A stretch of DNA of 64,000 nucleotides, taken from Vicugna vicugna (lineage: Eukaryota). The stretch covers positions 62,001 to 126,000 of the forward strand of contig MU061538.1 of assembly GCA_013265495.1 (NCBI GenBank), in the 5' to 3' direction. The notes under the pieces are model-generated. The model did not search any database. It was not told where the DNA came from and saw nothing but the letters and a program-made list of their open reading frames with translations. Within the stretch, counting starts at the first letter, position 1, and every line of letters begins with the position of its first letter. This document shows positions 12,445 to 23,656 of this stretch, one piece after another. The position numbers were made by a program, and so were the translations under genes.

Positions 12445-13893
12445 GTAAACTAACAGTTTTCCCTTCAAAAGTTAATTAAAACATATTGAAAGAGATGATG
12501 CTCTAACCCTCGTGGGTTTACTGACAAATTCTCTGTGGAGTAACAGAGTCAACGGTGGTTCCGCTGGAGAGAGCCTGCTCTTGCCGCCGAGAGTCAGGGT
12601 TAGAAGAATGTGTCGACTGTGAAGACAAATGTTGTCAGTACCAGCACGACCAGTCTGACTTCTGCCCTGTGGGCTTTAGGCCTTAAATCATCGGCACTTT
12701 AATTGGATCGGAATTTGTGAAAGTGGTGAAATAGAAGTTCTCTCTGAAATCCTGACCAGTTTCAGATTATGGCTGAAAGTTCTGCCCCAGGCACTGTTTT
12801 GCCGCTCACAAATCACCTCTTCCAATATGCAGAGGCAGGGCCGCCTCCGAGTCGATGACCGCGTGGCTTCTGGCGCTGCTGGTTCAGGTGACGGCTCTTT
12901 CAAGGAGCTTTGAATTTCATGAAATGAGGTGTATTGAAAACTAAGCTCCACTCCCTAAAACGACATGAGTATGTGTTTTCTGGCTGTATTGTTAAAGGTT
13001 TTCTATAGCTTACAAATGTTTTATTATTTTTTCTCTGATTCTTTGAACATTTTATGCTTAAATATTTGGGGGAGTGAGAGGTTAAATGTCACTGTTTAAA
13101 AAAAAAAATAAATGTTACTGTTTTAAGAAAATTCTATCCAAAGAAATCAGGACTATTTTATATTCAGTTTCATCTGGAAGAATAAGTTAAATTTCCAAAG
13201 TGAGGAAGACTAACAAGCTCTGCTCTGATGCAGTGTCGGTGAAGCCCTCGCCACGCACCCTCCACTGGGGAGGTGAGGTGGACTGCTCCTTGGGGCACTG
13301 CTTAGCACAGGAGTTCAGATAACTGCTCCTCACCAGAACACTGGGAGGAATCATATCCACAGTCTTTCCTCACTGTTTCCTTGGTAACTGAAGACCTTGC
13401 CTAGCAGAGCACAGTGGTTATGAGGCTCTGCAATTAGGCTAGCCTGTCTGGGCGCAGATCTCCGCCCAGCTGCTTGTCAGCAGGACCTGCGGGGAGGTGC
13501 TGACCCCCTGCTGTGTTCTCTCTTCTCCAGGGGAGAACTGAGTAAGTCGCAGCAGGTCATGCATGCAGAGTGCTCATTGTAGCTAGCATAATACGTGTGT
13601 TTCCCATTGTTACAATATCTCGTTTAAGCCTTCTGACGGGTCTAGAAATGGTATTATGCCCATGTTGTAGACATCAAAACTGAGGTTCAAATACGTGAAA
13701 TATTGAGTAGATCTCAGTAATCAAGTGGTAAAGAGATTTAAGTTCAAGACAGTTTGACTTAGAAGCTCGTGTTTTCACTGTACCTGTGTCGCTTACTTGT
13801 GCTGATGCATTTTGAGTATTGCATCCTTGAAGAAAACTTAGTCACTGATTTAACCTTATTTCATACAATCTAAAACATCACTCATTTTAAGAA

Positions 13894-14174
13894 CAGTCGG
13901 CCCTCTGTCCCATGAGTTTTGCATCTGCAGATGCAGCCAACTGAGGATCCGGAAGAAAATTTACAGAAAGTTCCAAGTAGCAGCTTTTACGTTGTATTTA
14001 CAACTATTTACATAGTATTTACATTTTATTAGGTATCGTATGTAACCTGGAGATGATTTAAATTATAGGGGAGGATAATCCCACACTATTTTATAGACAA
14101 GACTTGAGCATCTTCAGATTTTGTATCCTGGGGGTTCTTGGAACCAGTCCTGCAAAGATACTGAGGGACAACTG
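13894..14174 (-). mobile_element. TcMar-Tigger non-autonomous element (MER2-like)
   Basis: Terminal inverted repeats CAGTCGGCCCTC ... GAGGGACAACTG followed by TA; internal sequence resembles MER2 from memory. Confidence 0.7.
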
Positions 14175-15753
14175 TACACCGTTGTTTGATGTACCTCTAA
14201 GAAAGAAAATAAAGGGCTAGTTAAGGTTTGATAGTGCTTATTTTATACTTATTGAAAGAACTTTCAGGCTTAGGATGAACATAGATTTTTATCATATCAC
14301 TCACATGCACACACGAAAGGAAAACATAAGCAAGATAAATTGGTGAAGGCGGTGATAACCACCACTCTACTGTAATCTGCCCAAAAGCAGTACTTAATGA
14401 TACCAATCATTTGTTTCATTTTGTTTTCGGAGATGTTAGAAGAGTTTTTAAAAATAAGGATCCATTACAGTTGATAAGCTACAGTAAATCTCTGGGAATG
14501 AACGGCTACTTTTTCAGAGACTAAGTAAGTGTATTAGTGAAACAAATTCAGCTTCTGTGTCCAAGACTCAGAGGCAGTAGTGGCTTAAGCAAGACAGGAG
14601 TCTGTATTTCCCTTGCATGCGACAGTTGTGGCCTGTGCTCTGTCGTGCTCACCACCTCCAGCCAAGGAGCGGGCAGCAGAGTCAAGGTGCCGGGTTGGCC
14701 AAAGGCGAGGTTCCGATGGAGAACCCGGCGCTCAGCTCCACCCCCAGGGCTCCGGAGTCTGGGAAGAGGAGACGTGGATTTAGGGGAAGTAGTCTAGTCC
14801 TCCACTGCAGTGGCTTGTAGCCGCATATTTGTAACAGTATTTATTTCATTTTGCAGAATTCATTCACATCAAAAAGGTGAACCAGAAAATAGATTATCAC
14901 AGTAGGTTTGGACTAGTAATATTTTATCCCCATAATCATGAATTTGATACCTCTGTCTTTGCTGCAGTGTTGAGGCTTGACTCTAAAATTATTAAAGACA
15001 TTTTTGTGACCTTCTCGTTAATTTCCACTAACACAAATGTTTACCTGCATCTTGTGGGGCTAAGTTACAAATAAACCTCATGTCCCATATGTGTTGCATT
15101 TTACCTTGTTTTCTTCTGTCAGCCGTCTGTGCTAAAGTATGATTTTTACCATTTTTTCTTATTCCTGGATTTTTCTTACTGCATTTAAATCTACTTAATT
15201 TATGCAATTTAGATTGACATTTATTCTTCCAGTCAGAACTACTTAGCAGCTGGTGAGCAGGGTTTGACACCTGGTAGCCACACTGAACTGAAAGTGTACG
15301 AACACGCCTCTGACTCCAGCACTTTCACGATTCCAGCCAGAAGACTGTGCTGAGTCTCCCGCTCTTTCACGCTTGTCCTCCTGGTGTTTTTCTGTTTCCA
15401 GTGTTTGCTCTTTATTCATCTTGTTATCCTGGTAGAATAAGTTTTGAGAGTTGAAATTAACATAAAGATTTTCAGAGGATTCCATTTTTCCAAAGTAGCT
15501 TGCTTTAAAAATAGAAGGCCCTAACATTTTTAAATTGTTTGCAAATATAAAATTCCTTAATTTATTTTATGTAGATACAACTATGGCTTTGGGGTATGCT
15601 TAGCAAGTATTTTCCAATTAAATTGTTCCAAGATACTCCCTATAACTGAAGTATCAGAAGTAAATAGAAATGACTTAATATAAGCCAATAATTCCATTTT
15701 TAGTAATCCCCATTTCAAGATGTTTATTTTGTCTGTTTTTTGTTTGTGGATAG

Positions 15754-15828
15754 TCAGGGAAGAAGATAAACAGCAACCCAAACCCACTTGTCCAGATGTC
15801 GGTCGGTCACAAGGCCCAGGAGAGCAAG
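15754..15828 (+). CDS. ESYT2: ESYT2 exon (SGKKINSNPNPLVQMSVGHKAQESK)
   Basis: ggatag| acceptor, |gtgagg donor, 75 nt. Confidence 0.95.
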
Positions 15829-15844
15829 GTGAGGTGCTGACTGT

Positions 15845-16043
15845 TCCCTGTGACCCTCCATCACTGTCACTGGTGGTAGTGGGGGCTCCCTGTGACCTCC
15901 GTCACTGTCACCCAGGGGGCTCCCTGTGGCCCCCATCACTGTCACAGGGGGCTCTCTGTGACCCTCCGTCACTGTCACTGAGGGGCTTCTTGTGACCGTC
16001 CATCACTGTCACCCCGGGGGCTCCCTGTGGGCCCCCATCACTG
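15845..16043. repeat. Minisatellite, about 6 degenerate copies of a roughly 30-40 bp unit (TCCCTGTGACCCTCCATCACTGTCAC...)
   Basis: Repeated TCACTGTCAC / GGGGCTCCCTGTG visible directly. Confidence 0.85.
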
Positions 16044-16638
16044 AGTTCTTTTGTTTTCTTGAATCAGTCATTTGATAACCAGCTACGTAATTTGATATCA
16101 AATATGCTGTTCATTTAAAAATAACATCAAAAAATAACATGAACATGTGAATGTGCTTCTGGTTGATTTCATGGGTAGATGACATGGGACAAATTTCCAA
16201 GTTTCCTTTCAGTGCTCTATTAATATTTTGTTTAAAGGACAGCGAACAGTGTGCTTAAAATTCAGCAAATACAGTTTTATTCAGGAATTAAGGGAGGGCA
16301 TTGCTGTTGCTGTAATGTGTCCTACTTGCAGGAAATACTTCAGGAATTACTCTTTTTTTAAACTGCTAACCATTAATTTGAGAAGCTTCCTGATGTGCAG
16401 CACTGTGTCAGCCCCAGGATGTCGTGGGAGGGAGGCCACACCACGCGGTGCAGGCCATGTCGCCGGGGGTGGGACACGGGCTAGGGTGGCTAGCAGTTCA
16501 CCCCTGACACCCTCTAGAGCTTCTGCAACTAGTAAGTGATGATCCAGCTCAGGAAACTGGTGTCCTGGAACTTAATCAGCGCCGTCCTAGACCTGCAGCT
16601 GCAGTAGCACAGAGCTGATACCTGGCTGTTTCTTTCAG

Positions 16639-16725
16639 ATTCGGTACAAAACCAGTGAACCTGTGTGGGAGGAAAACTTCACTTTCTTCGTTCACAATCC
16701 CAGGCGCCAGGAGCTTGAAGTCGAG
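16639..16725 (+). CDS. ESYT2: ESYT2 exon (IRYKTSEPVWEENFTFFVHNPRRQELEVE)
   Basis: tttcag| acceptor, |gtattt donor, 87 nt; C2 PVWEENF motif. Confidence 0.95.
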
Positions 16726-17129
16726 GTATTTTATTTGCATTTTAAAATAGATTTGTTGAAATATGATCAGCATCAAAGAACCGCACATATCTAAAAGGTG
16801 CCGTTTATGGGCCCCTCCCCGCAACCAGTGTGTCTTTGTCAGACGTGGTCGTACAGAAAATGCTGTGTGGTTTCAGTGTTTACTTGTCAGCTCTTGGCTG
16901 ATTGTCACTCGTACCAGCTGTTCTTGATTTTTGCGTGCCGACATCTTACTCTCAGCCCTGCTGACCTCGCTGCGGTTCAGGTAGCTTCCGTGTGGACGCC
17001 TTAGGATTCTCCTGCATGCGGTCTGCTCGCAGTGACCCTTCTGCTTCTGCGTTTCCCGTCTGGGCGCCCCGTTGCCCGGCCCGGGCTTGGCGTGCCTCGT
17101 TATCTCTCAGCATGAGTGGACACCGTTGC

Positions 17130-17990
17130 TTTCTGCAGACTTAAGGGCGAAGCATGTGTCTCACTGCCATTAAGTGTGACGTTTGAGGGCATTTCCCTCT
17201 CTTCCTGCTGCTGGTTTGCTGAGTGTTTTTGTCACAAGTGGATGTTGAATATTGCCAGAGACTTTTCTACAACTAGTGAGATGATCATGTGGTTTTCTTT
17301 CGTAAATATACAAATTTTCTTTTGTAAATACAGTGAAATGCATTGTTGATTTTCAAATCATAAAGCTTGCAAACCTTTATTTGGTTTTCAAGATTTAACA
17401 TTAGAAAACTTTGCAAGCAAACCTTTTTTTGCATTTTAAAATTAATTTGTTGAAATATAATCAACATCAAAGAACTGCGTGTCACTTGGTCATGATGTAG
17501 TATACTTTTTATGTACTCAATTTAATTTGCTAAAATTTTGTTAAGAACTTTTGCCTCATAAATAGGCATCAAGGATATGTTATGCAGCACAGAGAAATAC
17601 AGCCATTATTTTGTAATAGCTTTAAATGGAGTGTAGTCTATGAAGTTACTGAGTCAGTGTTGTGTACCTGAAACTGACACATTGTAAACTATGCTTCAGT
17701 GAAGACAAGTAATTTTTGCATCTTAGTCATGAAGGATGCTGATCTATAATTTTGTTTTCTTGTCCTGCCTTTTCATAGTTTTGTGTCGGATTCATGCTAG
17801 CCTCTGAAGTAAGTTGGGGAGTGTTTCCTCCTCTTCATTTTTCTAGAAGAGTCTGTTTAGAACTTGTTTTCCTCGAGTGCGCGGTAGAGCTCACTACCAG
17901 AGCTGTCCGAGCCTGTGGAGAGAAGATGGTCAAGTTCAAGTTTAATCCCACTGATAGACACAGGTCTGTCAGGGTGTCTGTTTCTTTTTG
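17130..17990 (-). mobile_element. Old antisense L1 (ORF2-region) remnant with nested insertions
   Basis: L1-like antisense motifs such as GAGATGATCATGTGGTTTT, CACTTGGTCATG and TTTGCTAAAATTTTGTT; boundaries approximate. Confidence 0.65.
17560..17705 (+). mobile_element. Younger L1 3'-end fragment nested in the older L1
   Basis: CAAGGAT..GCAGCACAG..TGTGTACCTGAAACT..CACATTGTAAACTA motif of L1 3' ends; flanked by a degenerate target duplication. Confidence 0.6.
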
Positions 17991-19974
17991 ATGGAATTCC
18001 ATGCTTTGCCCCAGTTACTCTTCGGTTGGTTGGTAGGTTTTGCCTGACCTGGATTAATTGGGTGTATTGCTGATTGCATTCTATCTCCTTGTTCTGTCCT
18101 GGTCTTTCAGTGGGTGCCTTCGGGTGCCTTTCACCGTGACCACCGCCTCAGTCGTGCAGGTGCCAGGCCGCGGTGGCTTGTCCTCTCCTGGGCCCTATAC
18201 TCTGCGTCTGTGCCTGTGTTTAAACCCACCATGTGCAGTATTATTTCTGCTTTGAACTGTCAATTATATTTTAAAGGCTTTTTAAAGATAAATACATGGG
18301 GCTGCCTTTCCTATTCAGACGAATATTCAGCACCCTGGTGACTTCACTCTGCTGAGATCCCGGTTTTCAAATGGCGTGGCTCTTCCGCTGAAGGGCTCCT
18401 GTGGGGCTGCTCTGCAGAGCTTTCTCAGCCATCGTGTGTCTGGGAAGCTGTCTGTTCTGCCTTCGTTTGCGAGAGGTGTTTTCACGAGACATAGGACACT
18501 TCTGGCTAGTAGGTTTCTTTCCTTCCGCTTTCTCCCATCTTGCATTGTTTCTGATGAGAAGTCTGGGGTTTTTAGCCGTGATTTCTCGGATTTCCCCCAC
18601 CCCGAGACTCATCATCCTGCAGACTTTTCATCTTAGCAGCTGAACTCGGGTCTTCCCCTTCCGTGTCTTCCCCCGTTCCTGCGTGTGTGTCACGGAGGTG
18701 TCTAGCTTCCAGTGCCGGATCTGCTTCTGCGAGTGACTTACCTTCACTATGGGTCATATATTCCTGCTTCTCCAGTTTTCCATTGTGAAGTTTCCATTAT
18801 TGAGTGCTGCGGGTTTTTACGCCTCTGGATATTATGTTTCCTTTTCCTCATTTGCAGACAAGTTACTTGGAAACACTTTGAGCCTTTGGAGGCTTGACTT
18901 AAGCTTCTGTGGTCTTGGGACCACGTGACCTCGTGGGTCCGACGCCCTGGGTGCCGTGAGATCTCTCCTCCTTGCTGGGAGTGGGTGCTGTCTGCAGCAC
19001 TTTGTGCCCTGGGAGCTGCCCGCTTGTTTTTCCTGAGGCATCTTTTCTGGCCTCAGCTGGTTCGCTCCCTGCACGCGCTGATCAGCAGATGATTCGGGGG
19101 CCCTTGGAGGCCTCCAGCTCTCTGGGGAGCCCTCCCCTGCCGGGGGCCTCCTCCTGCTCCCTGATTTCCTCACCTGGGTTCTCGGTGTGGGGGCACTGGC
19201 TTCGTCTGTGGTCCTCACGCCAGCCTTGTGGCCGGAACGCTGCCCAGCGACCAGCCCTGTTGTCAGGCTCCTCCCCTGTGTCCACCCTCTCTGCGCCCCT
19301 GTGTCCAGGGTCGGTGCTTTCCAGCCTGAAGCCCATTGCCTCGCTTACCTGTCCGGCTTTGAAGCTGAAGTGGGACGGTACATGTGGTTGCTGTGCTCCG
19401 TGATGGTCAGAAGCACAAGTCCTTGGCATCTTTTAAACTCGGATGTGCGCCTGCTCCTCCCACATGTCTCAGCTCTAAGGAGAGCACTGTTCTCAGTGGG
19501 TCACGCAGCTCCCGGGGGGCGTCCCTGTGGCCAGGTTCTGGCCCCCGCGCTCCTTTTGGCACGGCCTGCTTCCCAACACTCAGTCTCTGAGGAGTTTGAG
19601 GACCTTGGTTTTGTTTAGCTTGTATGACTCCAACTTGTTCCTCAGCCCCTGAAGTCTGGGGGTTGAGGGGTGTCCTGTCGTGGGGGTCGCTCAGCTTCCT
19701 GACAGAGCGCCAGCCACAGTCGGTCGGGTGTGCCCAGCCTGCTCTGTTACTGTCTGTCTGTTGTTTTATATTTTCACACTGTTTTATACGAAATGTGTAT
19801 GTCCAGCTACTTTTTTTTACTTTTATGCTTGTCTAGCTAACTTTTTCCTTTATGAATTGCACTACCTTTAAAACAATCTATAGTAACTGAGTCTTGAATT
19901 TAAAGATATGACTTTTGAAATTCTATAATGATAATTTTATTTAAAAATGCTTTTGTGATTATAGTTTTTAAAAA

Positions 19975-20101
19975 TTTTTCTTTGTGTTTTGGGGGGTAAT
20001 TAGGTTTATTTGTTTGTTTATTTTAATGGAAGTACTGGGGATTGAACCAAGAGCCGTGTGAATGCGAGGCATGCAGTCTACCTGAGCTGTGCCTTCTCCC
20101 C
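19975..20101 (-). mobile_element. tRNA-derived SINE, camelid Vic-1-like
   Basis: GGGGGGTAATTAGGTTTATT...GTACTGGGGATTGAACC...TGAGCT..CTCCC; ATAGTTTT(T)AAAA repeated on both flanks as a TSD. Confidence 0.75.
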
Positions 20102-20733
20102 GTGTCATAGTTTTAAAAGTAAGCATCACACTTAGGTTTTCACATGCAGTTAACTTCCTTGACTGGTTTTGTATAGCCCGTGAAACCACCAGAGTTCTTA
20201 CTCTTTGGGGTTAGTTATTTTGTATCACAACAGCCTAACAGGAGTAATTCCTGTTGCAGGGATAAAGCTGAGGATTGTAATTCAGGAGACAGAAATGACC
20301 AGGCATTCAAAGCAGATATTGTAGATTTTGAATAGGGAAGGCTTAAAAGAAAGAAACGTGTTTTCTCCATGAACCAGGGTCACCAGTAGAAGCTGGGTAC
20401 ATCACTAGGAGTGTGTGCTTTCACCATTTTCATAGGATTTGAGGCGTTTCCTATGGACCCTCAGATCTGTGCAGACCGCTGCCTCTTAGCGCAGAGTCAC
20501 AGAGCATGGTTTTCTTTCTCACACTCGGGATGACTGCGATGAGGAGACACAGGTGCTTGTGACCCGGGTACGTTGTAACACCTGTCACAGAGCTTTGTGT
20601 CTCCTGAAGAGGTTTCCTGCTGCACTACTCACACGTAAAAGGAGGTGGCTGAAGTGTTTTCAAAGACTGGGATTTGGACCGTGTGGCTTTCTGTCTCTGT
20701 CCTCAGAGCTGAGTGTGCTGTGGTGTCCCGCAG

Positions 20734-20883
20734 GTCAGAGACGAGCAACACCAGTGTTCTCTGGGGAACCTGAGGGTCCCCCTCAGCCAGCTGCTCAGCA
20801 GCGAGGACATGACTATGAACCAGCAGTTCCAGCTCAGCAACTCAGGCCCCAACAGCTCGCTGAAGATGAAGCTTGCCCTCAGG
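20734..20883 (+). CDS. ESYT2: ESYT2 exon, end of C2B (VRDEQHQCSLGNLRVPLSQLL...MKLALR)
   Basis: ccgcag| acceptor, |gtactg donor, 150 nt. Confidence 0.95.
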
Positions 20884-20924
20884 GTACTGCGGTGTGCGGC
20901 GGGCTGCTCAGGCAGTTGGGAACG

Positions 20925-21245
20925 GGCTGGGAGGACGAGGGTTGGGGTGAGGGCGCAGGGTGGGGGGCCCAGGAGGATGGGGGTCAGGGTATGGGGTGCA
21001 GGGCAGGGCCAGAAGGATGGGGCTTGGTGTGCAGGGTGGGGGACCCAGGAGGATGGGGGTCAGGATGTGGGGCACAGGGAAGGGCCAGGAGGATGGGGTT
21101 CAGGGTGTGGGGTGCAGGGTGTGGGACTCTGGAGGACAGGGGTCAGGATGTGGGGCGCAGGGTGGGGCCGGGAGGACGGAGATCGGCGTGCAGGGTGGGG
21201 TACCTGGGAGAGTGGGAATCAGAGTGTGGGACACGGGACAGGGGA
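20925..21245. repeat. G-rich degenerate minisatellite (CAGGAGGATGGGGGTCAGGATGTGGGG...)
   Basis: Recurrent GGAGGATGGGG and CAGGGTGGGG units. Confidence 0.85.
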
Positions 21246-22227
21246 CTCTAAATCCTTTGGCCCGGAAAGTATTTGCTATCTTGATCAACAAAGTTTTCTG
21301 TTAATGTTCAGTTTTCAAAGTTCATTAAGAAGAGAAAATTTAATAAAGCCCTGCAGGACGGCAGAGGTCATAGGAAAAATAAATTTTGCCCAAAATAGAC
21401 AATGATTTGTTTGTAAGTACCAAAGGAATTGCTGAAAATAAAACTGGCAAACATATGGGAAAATGTTAGAACCCCCTAATTATTAAAATGAAGAACCAAC
21501 TTTCAAGTCAAACAAACTTGGTCTGTGGAGGGCGCAGTGGAAACGGTCTCCTGTGCCTGGTCACCCCTGGGTGTGGGGACGGCCTCCCGCAGGGACCACA
21601 GCCCCTCCGGTTGTCCAGCTGGAGCCCTCCCCCTGGACGTCCGGCTTCTGGTAATAACAGAACTGGAGACGCTGGCTGCAGCTTTACTTCATGGAAGCAG
21701 AAACAGACTTCAGGCTGCCAAGGTGACCCCAGATGCAGAGTCACAGACGTAGATCTGCTCAGGCCGTGTGCTCAATTCAGAGCACGTGTGAAAAGCAGGC
21801 AGAGTCAGTGACCCACTGCCCACGCAGGGGAGGGTGTGGCTGCCCCTGCTGGACCCTGGTGGAGACGGTAGGGTGGAGGCCCACGTGGGGTGGGGTTTGT
21901 CTCCCGGCCAGGGCGTGACGCGACCTGTCCATGGTGACGCCGCCCCTGCCGTGCGTACCCGCTGCCGGTGGAGGAAGTGAGGTGGAGGAAGTGAATGGGA
22001 CGCACGGGAGTGAGTCTGCGCGTGCGGTGCTGTGTCCCTCCCTCCCACGGGCCTTGTCCTAGGCTTCCTCCACACGGTAGAAGAGCTGAATGGATAGACC
22101 GGATTGTTCTTTGTGCTTTGTGCGAAGCTTTAAAGAAACACTTGCAAATGAGTATCTCTAAGCTGTTCATGTGTGAGGCTATTACCAGTGTCACTGGCTT
22201 TATTTTTCGGTCTCTTTTCACCTCTAG

Positions 22228-22613
22228 GTGCTCCACCTTGAAAAGCAAGAAAGACCTCCAGACCACCAGCACTCAGCTCAAGTAAAGCGACCCTCTGTCT
22301 CCAAGGAGGGCAGAAAGGTTTCAGTCAGATCTCAGACACCCGCATCCCCAGGCACCGGTGACAGCGGCACCGCCCCGTCTACACCGGTCACTGGGGGCAG
22401 TGACAAGCCTGGTGTGGACGAGAGAGCCCAGCCTGCAGAGGCCGGTCCCCTGGAGCCAGGGGACCTGGGCAGAAGCTCCTCCAGCCTGCAGGCCGGTGCC
22501 GCCTGCTCCCCTAGCCACGCCTCCGTCAAGGAGCCCACCCCGAGCATCGCCTCAGACATCTCGCTGCCCATCGCCACGCAGGAGCTGCGCCAGAGGCTGC
22601 GGCAGCTGGAGAA
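22228..22613 (+). CDS. ESYT2: ESYT2 exon, Ser/Pro-rich C2B-C2C linker (VLHLEKQERPP...QELRQRLRQLE)
   Basis: ctctag| acceptor, |gtaaca donor, 386 nt. Confidence 0.95.
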
Positions 22614-23557
22614 GTAACATGGCTCCCCACCCCGGCTGAGTCGGTGCAGGGCCCCGGGCTGTGGTGGGGTGCCAGCTAGGCGCAGCTGCCTCCAGGTGTT
22701 GCCCTGCCTTGTGAGGCCTCTGGCTTCCATGTAAACCTGCCGTTTCCAGGGCTGGTGTTCGGCTCACTTGAAGATTAGGCCCAGTGGGGTGATGTGGCCA
22801 CGACTGGGAGAGGCCCTGGGGCTCCTGTGCGTCCTGCCCAGACCAGGAAGGCAGTCTAGAGCTGATCCATTGGATCCTAAATGGGCAGGACTTGGCAGGA
22901 CTTTGTTGCGTCAGAACAGGTCCTGCTCTGTCTGCTTGTCCAACCTCCTTACCACCTCCAAGCTGATGCTGTGTTTGGAGGTTTGTGGGGCTTTGTCCCT
23001 CACGCCTTGAGTTGGAGGTGTCGGGGTTTCCTTGGATAAGGGCCTGGAAGCCTGCACTTGTCCTGAGCTTCTCTGTCCACTGGAGGAGGAAGTTGCCCTC
23101 TTAAGTAGTTCTCCTCTTTGCTGCGCCAAGGAGTGTGGGCTAAGATGTGGGGGCAGAGGCGCGCGGCTGCTCCTGGGGCCCGTGCTCAGAGCCACCCGTC
23201 TGTCTCAGAGCCTGGGCCAGGGCTGGACCTTGACACAGAGATGAGGGCATAGTGACCCTGTTGGCCCATCCCCGAGAAACAGCGAGTGACTTTCACGGGC
23301 TCTGAGGAAGGCCCAGGCCCAGGAATTCCGCAGCACGGGGTTTGTGGTTAGGAGACGCAGTGTCTCATTTTTAGGTTGAGCCGTCAGCTTAGTGACGGAG
23401 TTACGTCCACCTCTCACATGAAGGCTGAGCCCAGGGCCTGTCTGTGCCCGGGTCCACAGGTCGCGTCCGTGGGCACTTCGCCCCTCGTGAGTGCGTAGTC
23501 TCACGTGTGGCTGTGGCAGTGACACGCCCCCTGTGTTGTTCTGCTTTGTCTCCCCAG

Positions 23558-23656
23558 CGGGACGACCCTGGGACAGTCACCCCTGGGGCAGGTCCAGCTG
23601 ACGGTCCGGCACAGCTCCCAGAGGAACAAGCTGGTGGTGGTCGTGCACTCCTGCAG
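23558..23656 (+). CDS. ESYT2: ESYT2 exon, start of C2C (GTTLGQSPLGQVQLTVRHSSQRNKLVVVVHSC)
   Basis: ccccag| acceptor, |gtgaga donor, 99 nt, phase 2-2. Confidence 0.95.

Noticed and set aside
20030..20100. tRNA-like A/B box sequence
   Set aside because: It is the head of a SINE with a tail and TSD; it cannot form a full cloverleaf
20553..21405. 230-aa ORFs with Gly/Trp/Arg repeats
   Set aside because: Only 20734-20883 is a real exon; the rest is translation of the G-rich minisatellite
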